Source: Macrostomum hystrix
Lineage: Eukaryota > Animalia > Platyhelminthes
DNA length: 64,000 nucleotides
Direction of reading: 5' to 3'
NCBI GenBank assembly: GCA_950097015.1
Contig: CATNEN010000001.1
Location: 20,026,001-20,090,000 of the forward strand
The translations under genes were made by a program, and so were the position numbers. Of the stretch, positions 1 through 11,299 are shown piece by piece; position 1 is the first letter of the stretch; every line of letters begins with the position of its first letter. The notes under the pieces are model-generated. The model saw nothing but the letters and a program-made list of their open reading frames with translations, was not told the origin of the DNA and ran no database searches.

Positions 1-155
1 CGATGAGTCAGACACTGGCTGTGCAATGAAAAATGTTCTACTGTACTACAGCTGGCTGAAGCCAACATTTTGTGTCAACTTAAGAAGCGACAAGTGCTTG
101 TGGCATAAGAGCTCAAGAGACTGTAGCAGCAGCAACAGCCATATCAACACTCAAA

Positions 156-722
156 ATGAGCAGAGGAGCTGCAACCCTGAGTGTCACCAACCTTGTTGGT
201 GGAGTGGATCTGAGACTGAATGGAGGCAGGGGCGCCCAGCTTCCTCTAAGGGAGCTGGCTCTGAGCATGGCTCATGTGATTTACCGCCCCGTGTGGCCCA
301 GAGTGCTCATCAAGCGGATGCGGAATCCCAGAGTCACCCTACTGCTCTATCCCACCGGCCAGCTCAGCATCTGTGGAGCAAAGAGCTACGCCGACTCGGT
401 CAGGGCTGCCCGGCGCTTCATCGCTATGCTGCATCGCCGAGTGCCGGCTCAACTGCTGCCTCGTCAAGCTTTCTGTGTGAGAATTAAGACTATTACTGCT
501 AGGGGAAACCTTGAATTATGCGGTGCTTTATCCCTGTCTACTTTAAACAGTATTCTACCCGCTGCGAACTATGAACCTGAATCCTTTTCTGCTTTGATTT
601 GTAAACTCCGTTTTTGTAAGTGTTTGCTTTTCCATAACGGCTCGTTTGTTCTCAGCGGAGCTCGCTCTCTGAGTCAATTGCGCTCCGATGCTGAGTACCT
701 TGCAACACTCATCCTTTCTTGA
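156..722 (+). CDS. Divergent TATA-binding protein (TBP)-like protein, core domain only, intronless
   Basis: The 188-aa ORF shows both TBP repeats. Repeat 1: TNLVGGVDL, YRPVWPRVLIKRMRNPRVTLLLYPTGQLSICGAKS (cf. [35 protein letters not shown]). Repeat 2: YEPESFSALI, LLFHNGSFVLSGARS (cf. YEPELFPGLI...LIFVSGKIVLTGAK). Too diverged to be canonical TBP. Confidence 0.85.
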   Translation: MSRGAATLSVTNLVGGVDLRLNGGRGAQLPLRELALSMAHVIYRPVWPRVLIKRMRNPRVTLLLYPTGQLSICGAKSYADSVRAARRFIAMLHRRVPAQLLPRQAFCVRIKTITARGNLELCGALSLSTLNSILPAANYEPESFSALICKLRFCKCLLFHNGSFVLSGARSLSQLRSDAEYLATLILS

Positions 723-1617
723 CTTTGAAAACAATTGCTTTAACGTGGATTGGAATGCTGGATTCTGACCCGGCTTGAGCGCAGAAAGCCAAATTGATGA
801 AAAAAACGGAACATTAGCTTCGTGAAGGAAGATTTTGTTTATTTTTAATTGCTGTTCTTGTAAACGAATACAGGAAACTTACGCAAATGTAAAAAAATAA
901 TAAATGTAAAAAAAATCAAAACCCACCACCGTATCGATTAAACAAGACAAAAAATCAAACAAAATCACCAGCTAAATTGACACCAGCAATATCAATATGT
1001 TAGTGAAGGTAGTTGAAAAATTGGCAACAGACAAATGCCGGGGCACTCCGTTCTTGCAAACAAATTCGATTTTTTTTGCTTTCATTGTTTTTCTAAGAAA
1101 ATCAGACACAGCTTTTTTCATTTTGATACAACAAAGGATTTATTAATACGAAAAAGAAAATTGAAAAAATAATTAGATCAAAAGTACATTTTATCAAGAG
1201 AAACCATACGAGCTATGAGCAAGACTTAAAACGAATGGCAACAAAAATACCTTCTACCAGGAGCTGAATAGTGAGATTAAAGCAGAGGCAGACAATCATT
1301 ACATGCACGATAAAATGTAATAGGAAAAGAAGCTTTAAAGTCAAATCATTGCAGACACATCGAGAACCGAAAAACAATGACGGAGAGTAAGGCAAATAAT
1401 GAGTTCAAACAAATAACTTGAAAAAAAACAATCACCATTGAAAATGTGCATTAGTACGACGTATGATTATGAAGCACAACGCAGAAAGCTCATGTTAAAG
1501 AATAGCTGCAGCTGCACCACCAGAAATTCACTGAACAAAATTGTCTTCTAGGCTTGATCACAGATACTATAATAACTGTGATCTGTGGGCTTGATTAATT
1601 ACCAGTTCATTGGATGA

Positions 1618-1619
<2 letters not shown>

Positions 1620-1658
<39 letters not shown>

Positions 1659-1676
1659 TGTGTGTGTTGTGTGTGA
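1620..1676. repeat. (TG)n microsatellite
   Basis: Run of tg dinucleotides seen directly. Confidence 0.95.
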
Positions 1677-1987
1677 GTCCTGTGTCAGTGCAAATTTTTT
1701 TGACACAAGTTATCCGAATTAAAAGTTCGGAAGTTCGGAAGTTCGAATTAAAGCTGCCATGAGCAAATCATTTTGTAAACAAGTGGAATTCACATCTGTT
1801 AGTTGCAGCACAGCTTTTTTTTTATGAAAAGCAATAGTTGCTCTTTCTGCTTATTTACAGCAGCACAGTTCCAAAAGACATTCATTTACAAAAACTAAAT
1901 AGAGAAACTGCATTCGAAAAGTTTTAGAACAACTCTTTGCATTCCAAGTCCATATTCAGTTCGAATTAGTCAAGAGAGCAAAAATAA

Positions 1988-2880
1988 TCAATCTTCTTGC
2001 AACCGTATTTGCTTGGGGGCATGATCACCGGCAAGTTGAGGAGCCTCACGGCGGCGGCGGCGGCGGTCGTTCAGGTAGTTCTCTCTTAGTGCAAAGTGTC
2101 CGTATGGAAGACTTTGATTCGGTGCTACCCATGCGCGCTTGTCCTCCCATACTGTCAAGGCACGTTTATTTTGCTCCAGAGTGAAGAGACGGTGTCTCCG
2201 GCTAGCAATCCTACGCACAGAGATGCTCAACTCCTTGAGATTAGCAAAGGCCTGTCTGTAGTCTTCGTGGGAAATTTCAGTCCGCATCACACTCTTCTGA
2301 ACTCCCTTTGCTGCTTTCTTGCCTCCAATGGCAGCCTTCATCGAGTACAGCTTCGGTCTCAACAGGATCCACTCATTGTGGGGATTTCCAGCCGACTCAT
2401 CCTTTATGCAGCCCAACTTTGCCTTAAGCTCATCCGATCGCAGTTCATGATCAACCGGGAAGTTCGATGTGTCCAGCAGCCTCTGGCGAATCAGTTCAGG
2501 AATCACGCTGCTTTGAACGTCAATGTTTTTGAAACAAAGGAAAAACGAATCCGCGTCTCCACCGCAGAGAGAAACTTCTTGCCGGAGAACAGGATTATCG
2601 AATGTCGGCTTTAATCTGTCGTAAAATAACTTGTACATTGCAAGCTTCGAATCATCGAGGACGCACTGTCCGATGAAGATTGGGCGGTCAAGAGTGACAG
2701 AAGGCTTAAAAAATGAAAAACAACCAAGTCCTTTGTCACAATAGTGAAATCCTTCAGGCTCTGTCGGGATGCATAAATTTCTGACTGCTCCGGAGTGTTC
2801 GAGATTCTAACACTGAGTCTCTTGCGCACGTTCTCCATTGTTTTCCCGAAGAGGGAGTGAAAAGCAGATTCAACGTGTCT
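1988..2880 (-). pseudogene. Polinton/Maverick (adintovirus-like) protein-primed DNA polymerase B, C-terminal part; 5'-truncated and frameshifted
   Basis: Motifs SLFGKTMENVRKR, then (after a frameshift in the A-run at ~2708-2713) KPSVTLDRPIFIGQCVLDDSKLAMYKLFY, GGDADS (motif C, normally YxDTDS), LDTSNFP, LGCIKDE, LRPKLYS, KKAAKGV, EDKR and SLPYGH. All are typical of Polinton pPolB C-termini. Joins ORFs 2611-2940 and 1988-2638. Confidence 0.88.
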
Positions 2881-3029
2881 ATCAACAGCCTCTGTAGTTG
2901 TGGTACCAGTGTCAGCGGCGCGATCGTCCTCGGACAACAACGCTTGCCACTGACGACAAGCACTGATACGAGGGTCTATAGGATGACGTCATAACTTAAA
3001 ACTGTTAAAATTTCCCATAAACGCCAAGT

Positions 3030-3088
3030 TTGAGTATTGAGTATATGCAGGTAAATTATTAATTTACCTGCATATAGTCAATACTCAA
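3030..3088. repeat. Near-perfect inverted repeat (28-bp arms, 1 mismatch, 3-nt loop)
   Basis: ttgagtattgagtatatgcaggtaaatt-att-aatttacctgcatatagtcaatactcaa. Confidence 0.9.
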
Positions 3089-3825
3089 CCATTTCTAAAC
3101 TTAGTTGCGACCTGTTGGTCCGAGGATGGTTGGCTACAATGTTTTGTGAGCCTGCTAACTGACGCCGACGCACCCTGTGCCGGCGGTTTCGGAATGGTGC
3201 TACTGGACGACATGGATGCCTCCTTCGAGAATGTGATCGATGACAGCAACACCCGCGGACGAATTGAAGGGTTGTCACCCATGTACTCGTCCATGATTGT
3301 TGCGAATGGGTAGTGGCACTCTCGTGTGGAGAGCCCAGTTGGTGGGCGCTTGAATAGACTATGCAAAAAGTAATTATAGCTTTCTCAGAGGCGGATTCAG
3401 AATATTTGAGATCGAGGGTCGGAGTGGCGCCGAAAAGTGTCATTGGGCGGAAAATACAGCAGGGGATCTTTTTAGAGGCCGTTTTGATGGGCGCCTAAAG
3501 AAAATGGGCGTCTTTATAAGTATTTTGGGGCGCCTCATTGGGTAGCTTTCGGGCGGGGGGAGGGCTACCGCCGACCCTGAGTTTGCAATATACGAGATAT
3601 GTAGATATGTACGGCTAGCTCGTATCGAAGCCAGGGGAGTCGCTTATGCGACAGCTGAGAGCTCAAACATTGCGGCATAGCTCACTTCAATGCGACCTCT
3701 GGTGTAAACTCGTACGCAAATATGATAATCATTGATAACTGACAATCATTCGTAAATCAATTAAGGTACTTAAAGATAAACTATAGACCAAGATATACTA
3801 TACTGATTTAACAATTTAGACCACA

Positions 3826-4112
3826 CCTGAATCGTCCTCTTTCATTATACCATTGTGCCTTCAGCTGAGAAGTCGTTCGGAAGAACCCGAGTTGTCGCAT
3901 CTTTCGTGATATTAAATCAAATTTTTCAGCCGGACGAACGTCATCAATTCGATTTAGGTCATGCTCAATGGCAAGATTGAGAAAGGCTTCCCGTTTAGAC
4001 AGATCCCATGGTTGTTTCACTCTTGTTTCTTTGGGATTTTCTGATGTTGATAGCGACTCACCCAAGTGGGACTCAGAACTGATAATTTGTTCTGTCAGAT
4101 CTTGGTTTTGCC
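3826..4112 (-). CDS. Exon encoding a Myb/SANT-like (trihelix/MADF-type) DNA-binding domain; probably part of a spliced, possibly decayed, transposon-associated gene (~3.65-4.77 kb)
   Basis: PWDLSKREAFLNL...KFDLISRKMRQLGFFRTTSQLKAQWYNERGRFR fits the W-x6-L...W/F-xx-I-S-xx-M-xxx-G-xx-R-T-xx-Q-xxx-K-W-x-N pattern. Flanked by ttcag acceptor and gt donor on the minus strand. Confidence 0.6.
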
Positions 4113-6465
4113 CTGAATTTTGTAAATTTTTATATACTTCAAATTAATTTAATACTGAAAATTGTATAAGAGATGATATACACATTAAATTAATTTACAA
4201 AGTATAAACGTCAATTACCAGACCAACGAGCTTGAATGCAACTAAACGTGAAAGGGTCAAATTATTGTGTTCAACTTAAATTAAAAACATATCAACATAG
4301 TAACACAAATGTACTATGACAAAGTGAGAAACAAACAGAAAAAAAATTAGACAAAAACTCAGAAAAAATTAAATTCGCAATGCAATTACAATTACCTAGA
4401 AATAGATTCGCGTTTGGCACAAATGGTACATTGGAGTCCTCAATATCATCAATTACAGCAGTAATTCTTGTTGAAATCGTCTCAACATCCTTGAGGTCTA
4501 TCCTCAGCAAGCCATTGTCATTTGTGATACATGCTAAGTGAATGAAAGAATAAAAAACTTCAACAACAAGCTAATGAGTAGCTCATTTGATACATTAGAT
4601 AGATGTATTTCGCTATTGTATTTATAATATACAAGGATTGATGACTCATCATACTTAAACTTCTGACAAATAATGCACTGCCATGTCCACACTAGTTGAT
4701 TCAACTTGAAACTTGTACTTTCGCACATCGTCGGCAACAAAAATATCAAAAATAGGCATTTTCTGTCCAAATACTTTTAAGGCTTTTGACAATTAACTTT
4801 TTAGGTAAGTTTATTTGGACTTTTTAACCTAACCTACTAAACCAAGGAACTCTCAATAGCTAAGATCCAAAGAAAATGTTCAAATGAGGCAGGCCCAAAT
4901 TTACCGTAGATTTATAACTTGAATTCCCGCCAAATGCTTTTCCCCGATTTTATATTTTGTTTTAATGTGTTTCACCACCCGCCTCAAACATTGCTATAAA
5001 TACAACAGCAGTTTAGCCCAAAAAACTCCAACCGGTGCCCCGTGCCCAGTTCTGAGTGAAATAAAGGAGAATAAATCTCAAAGTGTTTGAATTCAATTAT
5101 TTTAGAGAGAATGAGAAAAGCAGGTCTGTGATAATACACAAGTCGGTGAATATTCGAAAGAATAAAGAAGGAAATAGTTATAAAAGGCAGTAGAGTGTAA
5201 AACTAAAGAGCAGAGGGTAAATCCCGATTGGTGGAATAGCACTGTGTGCAAAGTTGGGTAACTTCAGTCCATTTGGAAGCCTTGAAGGACTGGGAACAAA
5301 CCAGAAAGCCAGATAGTTTATGAGTAAGTAAGGAGAGGAAGAAGTGTCTTGCCGCTCGGACACTCGTGCGAACGCTACCAAATTTTTGGAAAGAAAGCAG
5401 CCTATCTGGCCAATTGAAGCAATATATGCATATGAAATAAAAAGGTACATAGCTAGCCTATGAAGTTTAATTAAGTCATCGACAAAGGAATCTAAGAGTT
5501 ATTTCAGAGGTTAATTCAAGGTGTGAAATAAGCAATTTTTAATATTAATAAAAGAGTATCGGTGGTAAAAACCAAGAGGAGAGAGGCCCTACGAAACAAA
5601 CTATTTGGTAACAATTGAAACAAAGTAACCTATAGCAGTATTTGAAGTATCGGTCTAAGAACTGCAACTCTAAAGTACTCTAAAGTATTATTAAACTCGT
5701 ATAATAAACAATTATATTTGGACAAGAAATAGACAAAAACTAGCTACTCTAATGAAAATGTAAGACACCACTAAACGTTCGAATGAAACAAGCCAAGTTA
5801 ACTGTCAAAGCTTAAAAACTGCTACAGGACCGATTTTAATATATAAGAGAAGCCTGTATGACAGTTTGAACATTAATTAAATTAGTGTATTCTGAATAAA
5901 ATACGCGAAAGATCGGATGTCAAATTTGTGCGCTACGTCTACTGTAAATATATTATCTCAGAACTACACAATTTTAAGACCAGAATATAAAGACTAATTA
6001 TTCGTTTATTCTATTTATTCATTTAGCTTACATTTTTCTTCATTTCTTCGACATTTAGTCTGTTTAGCTTTTGGTTTAGTAAAGAGGAACTTAAACTGCA
6101 GTTTAAGTACATTTTAAGTCATTTTAAGCTACCCGAACGCACCCGTAGAGTTAAGATTATAAGACATAGTCGTTAATTTTATTCTATCGCACAAAATTTT
6201 CTGCAGGAAGTTTTAGTAGTAATAATAATATAAAATCCTTCTGAAACACTATGCATTGTAGGAATGCAGAAAAATGCTCATTTGACATAATACGATTTTT
6301 TTTAATTTTTTTTGGAGGGGGCATGCCCGCCCCCTAAAAAGTTCGGGGGGGCAGCTGCTCCCCCCGCCCCCCCTAGATCCGCCATTGAAACAAATGTATA
6401 GCAGGATGTAAACATTGTAAGTAGTAAAGCAATAGCGTACGTCAAGCAACTTTGCGGTTTCGGTA

Positions 6466-7557
6466 TCACTCATCACTGTCACTAGATATAAATGCGACTA
6501 CACGCGAGTCCCCGCGAGCCTTTTTCTTCTTCAGCGGCGCGGCCGCAGTGGAAAGCAAACTTTCCCGAGCTTCGGCTTGATTTGCCTTAGTTCGGCTGCG
6601 TCTGTCTTTGCCCAGCTTCAGCGCGGCAATTACGCCCAGCTCGATATCTCTGTCACTTGGTCGCTCATTGGGTGGATAGAGAGCATGCGTGGAACCTGCA
6701 GGCGATTTGATAGGGAGGAACTTTGTAACATCTATAAGTCTAACCAAATGTAGGTCCTATAAGCTATAAATAGAACTAAACGGGGGTAGTATCTTGATTG
6801 TTACACAAAAATTATTAAGTATAAAATCCTAGCATGCAATTGCAATACTTGTACACGTATAATTAGATAATTTAATAAAGCCTATAGAACTATAGATTCA
6901 AATGAAATCAAATCAAATGAAAACCACTTACGGCGAATGACAGGCAGAAAACGGTTTGGAAGGCGAGCGTCTTGTCATCCAAATCAGAGCGGGACAACGC
7001 GCTAAGACCTTTCCCTTGTATAGTTGACTTCAGCGAGCATCTGGACCGAGAGCAGACGCCTGACCATGTGGCGCAGAGTGCTGCTAGCATCGTCACTCTT
7101 ACAGGTAAGAAGCCTGTCGCCCTGCAATCGTTTAGCAGCAAAAACTAACATAAGTCAGATTTAAAAGGGCAAGAAGATAAGCCATAGCAGAATGAGGGAT
7201 GTTAAAAATCACAAAAAATAGCAGTAATTCCATTTCTAAGCTCAACTCCGTCTGCTCAGAGTCAGAATCATTGCTAGGTTCACCAGTACTATTAGTTGCA
7301 GCATTGTCAATTCCTAGGATTGCTTCTAGGTCAGCCTCTTCTTTAAAGTCATCATTAGTGTCATTGAGAATATCATCAAAAGAAGGGCCATTCAGGTATT
7401 CAGCATAGTCAGACTCAATATTAGAGCCCTGCTCAATTTTAGTTGGTGATGGATGAGAGGCACATTCATCTGTAACTCCTAGATGTCCATTAGTAACATA
7501 ATTAGATTCCATGTGACTGCTAGCACAATCAGAATTAGAAGCTTCTCTAGCTGGCAT
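6466..7557 (-). mobile_element. Decayed EnSpm/CACTA (CMC)-like DNA transposon remnant: transposase N-terminus plus DUF4806-like accessory ORF
   Basis: ORF 7132-7557 ends LEMELLLFFVIFNIPHSAMAYLLALLN, like the NIxHSALxxLL start of animal EnSpm transposases. The adjacent frame reads KSDDASSTLRHMVRRLLSVQMLAEVNYT(fs)GKG...KTLAFQTV, and 6466-6747 reads DRDIELGVIAALKLGKDR; both resemble DUF4806 proteins. Confidence 0.5.
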
Positions 7558-7839
7558 ATAAAATAATATAATATAAAATAAATATTGTCAACTTTCTACC
7601 AAAATTCAATTTCCGTTGGATGACCGTTGTTTTCCAGCTCCAATCCAACAGGAAGTTTCCCAACGGTATTTCTACGCACCTACAACGGCATGCATTTTTT
7701 CTGGAACATGTCTACAACCCTTGTGGAGTGCAAGGCTTTTGAAATGCTGCTTGGAACTAGCAGTTTGGATAACATTTACAATTTTTTATCAACGACAAAT
7801 CAACGGTCCAACGTTTTTCAACGTTGATCCAACGGATGC

Positions 7840-8420
7840 CGTCACACTGGGTAGTCACCGCCTTCCTCCTTTCTTTGTCGGCTTCGCTTTTCACGCACTC
7901 CTTACACCTCCAGTCTCCTCGCCTTTTCCAATCTTCCAGCGCTTTTCTGCTTGCATCTCCCGTGCAGCACCAGTGCACCATTTTTTCGCAGATGTTACAG
8001 CTTGTTCCAACTCCTCTTCTGCAGACCCCTTGTTACTATTTTTAGCTAATCCGCCCGGGCCTCCCCGGAATTGCCACGGCTTTCTCTGCGGCAGAGTCCA
8101 CCAATGCATTTACATGGGCGCCTATGATTACTCACTAGGCCCGTGGTTTTTTGACGGAAAATCCTGCGGCAGAGTGCACATAAATCCTACTACTGAGGGG
8201 CCATTTTCCGCTCTCGGTGCATGGTCTGCTCCTGCTCATGCTCGCTTTTGGCAAGCAGCTAATCAGCAGTACGTTCTGGCCAAAGAGCAAGCCGTTTCAC
8301 GCGCTAGAGGCCGCATGTTTGGCTTGTCCGCAACAGTTTTGACCAACCGAGCGAACATCTGCTCAATACTCAAATTGTCCATAGGTTATAAAGAGAAAGG
8401 CTGCCTGCTCTGCCGCCAGA
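7840..8420 (-). pseudogene. Degenerate PHD-finger-containing transposon protein fragment (possibly MULE-like)
   Basis: The minus frame reads GVCRRGVGTSCNICEKMVHWCCTG...DWRCKEC (PHD-like C/H spacing). Upstream DNLSIEQMFARLVKT..KPN resembles the MULE TNNxxE..K..PN motif. Many stops. Confidence 0.35.
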
Positions 8421-8861
8421 TTAGTTAGCTAGCCGACTTCGATTGCACGTACGGTTCAAACGGCACGGAGTCTCCACATTGCTCACTGCCGAGCGCGTGT
8501 AAAGGTTTGCAGACCGCGCGGATAGTGCGCAGTGTTCCTGATTCCGTTGTCGATGAAAAAATCTGAAACAGCAGCTGCACCAAGTGGAGTACGATACATT
8601 GTATCGAACAGTCTCGAACAGACCTTGTGCCTCTCGGGGGGTGCGAACGACAGGTAGCCGGAAGGAATCACCGCTGACCCTCAATCTGACAATATGACAC
8701 AAAAATAAATATATAACGCCTCTGTTCCTTCCAGTGGTACGCATAAAAATCCTAGGGGCCTTGCTCGTTGCTCTCCATTCGTTGTCCACCCCTCCCCACT
8801 CCGCTCTGGTGGGCGGGTAACCTTTCATCGGGCAGTCTCATAACGATGTTCATACCGATGT

Positions 8862-9310
8862 CATGTGACCAGACTATTCAGGCTCTTAAACGCGATGAGA
8901 CATGAATTAACTCTGCTCAAACTATAATAGTACACGCCAGTACAGGCACTGTGTCAGGCTCATCAGGTGCAAGTTCATAGACTGTCGATAAAATGCATAT
9001 TTGCGCTAATGAGCACATTGTTATGACCAGACTAATCTAGGTTCTTAAACGTGATAAGAGACGACTTGTACTCTGCTTAGACTATAATAGTACACGCCAA
9101 TACAGGCACTGTGTCAGTTTTATGTTCAGGTTCGAGTTAATAGACGTCTATAAAAGCATATTTGCGCTAACTAGCACATGAGCTAATGAGCACATGACCT
9201 GACTTATCAGGCTCTTGAGCGCGGTGCGTGCTTAATAAACCGTGCTTAAATTATGGTAATAAAAGGCAGTACAGGCAAATTGTTAGGCTCATGTTTAGCT
9301 GCGAGTTCCA
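8862..9310. repeat. Diverged ~160-bp tandem repeat, ~3 copies (possible subterminal repeats of a DNA transposon)
   Basis: Recurring blocks gaccagacta...tcttaaacg...actataatagtacacgcca.tacaggcactgtgtcag...gcatatttgcgctaa at ~8866, ~9024 and ~9194. Confidence 0.75.
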
Positions 9311-9364
9311 TTAAGTAGTTTTTGGTCCAACTAACAGACCTCTGTGGTGATACAGATAATCAGC

Positions 9365-9522
9365 CATTAGTAACAGACTAACTGACAGATAGATAGACAG
9401 ACAGACTGACTGACTGACAGACTGACAGACTGACAGACAGACTGACAGGATTGAAAGACAGACAGACAGACAAACAGACAGACTAACTGACAGGCAAACA
9501 GACAGACAGACTGACTGACAGA
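9365..9522. repeat. (GACA)n-derived microsatellite block
   Basis: gacagacag runs interrupted by ggattgaaa and actaactga. Confidence 0.85.
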
Positions 9523-9552
9523 ATTTGAGATGTTCCAAATGTGGAGATCTCA

Positions 9553-9737
9553 TCCTGAGATGAGACAGAAGAGAATAAATATGGCTGAGATGAGACAGGA
9601 GAGAATAAATATGGTTTAGATGAGACAGGAGAGATAAGATATGGCTGAGATGAGACAGGAGAGAATAAATATGGTTTAGATGAGACAGGAGCGATAAGAT
9701 TTGGCTGAGATGAGACAGGAGAGATAAGATTTGGCTG
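9553..9737. repeat. 30-bp minisatellite (same family as 11.3-12.97 kb), ~6 copies
   Basis: gatgagacaggagagataagatttggctga / gatgagacaggagagaataaatatggttta. Confidence 0.92.
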
Positions 9738-10860
9738 ACGGAGTGGTCGTGACGGCCAGGAGTCTTTTCCAGGGCACTGTGGCCCGGCAGAGCTCTGGTT
9801 CGTCCGGTTCCGCTTTTCCGGAGGCGGCGGGCGAGTGGCGTCGGACTCGAAGCAGAAAATCTGCATTCGAGTGAGGCCTGCACTGATGTAGGACATATCT
9901 GGGCAGCGGAGCATCCAGCTGTCCGACAGTCCAAGGATGGCCGTGAAACCGTCTCCCCTAGGTCTGGTGATGGTTTCATGAGCCATGACACCAGTTGCCG
10001 GCAGATCCAGATGGATTGCCAGCAGCAGGCGGCGCAGCTCCTCGGCGTTGGTGAGGGCGCTACGGGCTGAAATCCAAACACGACGGCCGTGTGTCTGGGG
10101 GCGCTCGTCCTCCCTGTATACTAACAGATTGCTCATTTCCGTACCCCAGTCGAAGGTTTTCAGCAGCTCGAGGAGTTGCTGTCCGTACTGGTTGTCGGCA
10201 GGCTGGACAATGAGGGCTTGGTCCAGGACGCGGGTCTTCAGGACATGCAGCACAGTGCCGCTCACTGTGAGATATGCAGCACTGTGAGAGGAGCCCGACG
10301 CCCTAGAAGCCTGGGTGGCTCTTTCCGGCATTTCCAGGTTTCCCGGACGACGCGAGGAGTCCGCCTTCTTGTTGGGTGTTGGTTGCTCCGCGATGTTCGC
10401 AGAGTTACCGGCTCCCTCCTCAGAGGCGGTGGTTGGCGCGGATTTCGCACCCAACCGTGCTTCCTGTTTGCGCCACCGGAATTCCAGGAAACGGCGATGC
10501 TGCGGGCCTGCTTGGCAGGGGAATGTTTGCCCTTTGATCCACCCACTCTGGTGTTTGTTTGAGTGGCGGCGGGCAGGATGACTTTGGCGCATCGGTGGAT
10601 CCGATGTTGCCCTGGCGTTGGTCCTGAGGAGCTGCGTCGCCAGCCGGGGTCAGCGCTTCGGCGTTTCGAGTCCTGGCACGTGCTGGAGCTTTGGTTGGTC
10701 TCCATAAGTCGTTGGAATGCGGGAAAATAAAAATAAAATGAAAAACCGCTAATGGCCGGTAAATCTCCCGGAACCTCCCATCCCTCGGCGCGGTGAGACC
10801 TTAGGCATTAAAGAGCACCTAAAGCAGTGCCGGGCCCGCAGGCTGGCTGTAAGGTCAAAG
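9738..10860 (-). mobile_element. 5' portion of a non-LTR retrotransposon (LOA/R1-like): 5'UTR plus frameshifted ORF1 (DUF4780-like gag); ORF2 absent
   Basis: GC-rich ORF (ATG 10705, continued in frame 9483-10592) with FDWGTEMSNLLVYREDERPQTHGRRVWIS...LRRLLLAIHLDLP...GFTAILGLSD...ISAGLTRMQI, matching the DUF4780 pattern (W...L.V...P...RVW...L...P.L...G...LG.D...G). Ends abruptly in satellite at 9737. Confidence 0.6.
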
Positions 10861-11299
10861 AGTATCAACGTTGTGTATTTTTGGCGAAAACCAGCGTCCA
10901 AAATTTTTTTTATGAAATATAGCTTCCCGTCCTACTCGTAGTGTTCCTTGCGTTTTGTGCACTACAACATGCTAATTTGACTTATAAGTTTTTTTCTGCA
11001 AATATTTCGCTTAGTAAAAACAGAACTGCACTTTCGCTATAAAATACGGTTATAAATGTCTGTCCCTAAAGTGATGCTCACTCCAGTAGTATTTGACGTA
11101 ATATCCATTGGCAAGTGGCAAGGAAAAAGTTTAACTTGACTCTTGCCTCATTTAATGTCTGGCACTTCATCCAGCAAGAAATTAAAAAGCATATCAATAA
11201 AATCATACTCATACTCATACAACGCGCTCGTAGTTGAGATCTCCAATAACAATACCTGAACATGTCACTAGCGGCCGTCACGTAAGCCGCCCGTTACCT

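Noticed and set aside
26-487. 153-aa ORF overlapping the TBP-like gene
   Set aside because: Alternative frame with no recognisable domain; the TBP frame explains the region.
2096-2614. 172-aa + strand ORF
   Set aside because: Antisense shadow of the pPolB fragment.
6315-6388. GC-rich hAT/MITE-like terminus (…ccccctagatccgccattg); similar ends at ~3578 and ~23662
   Set aside because: No matching partner TIR or TSD could be identified by eye, so no element was called.
7616-8428. 270-aa + strand ORF
   Set aside because: No recognisable motifs, non-ATG start; the recognisable PHD-like signal is on the opposite strand.
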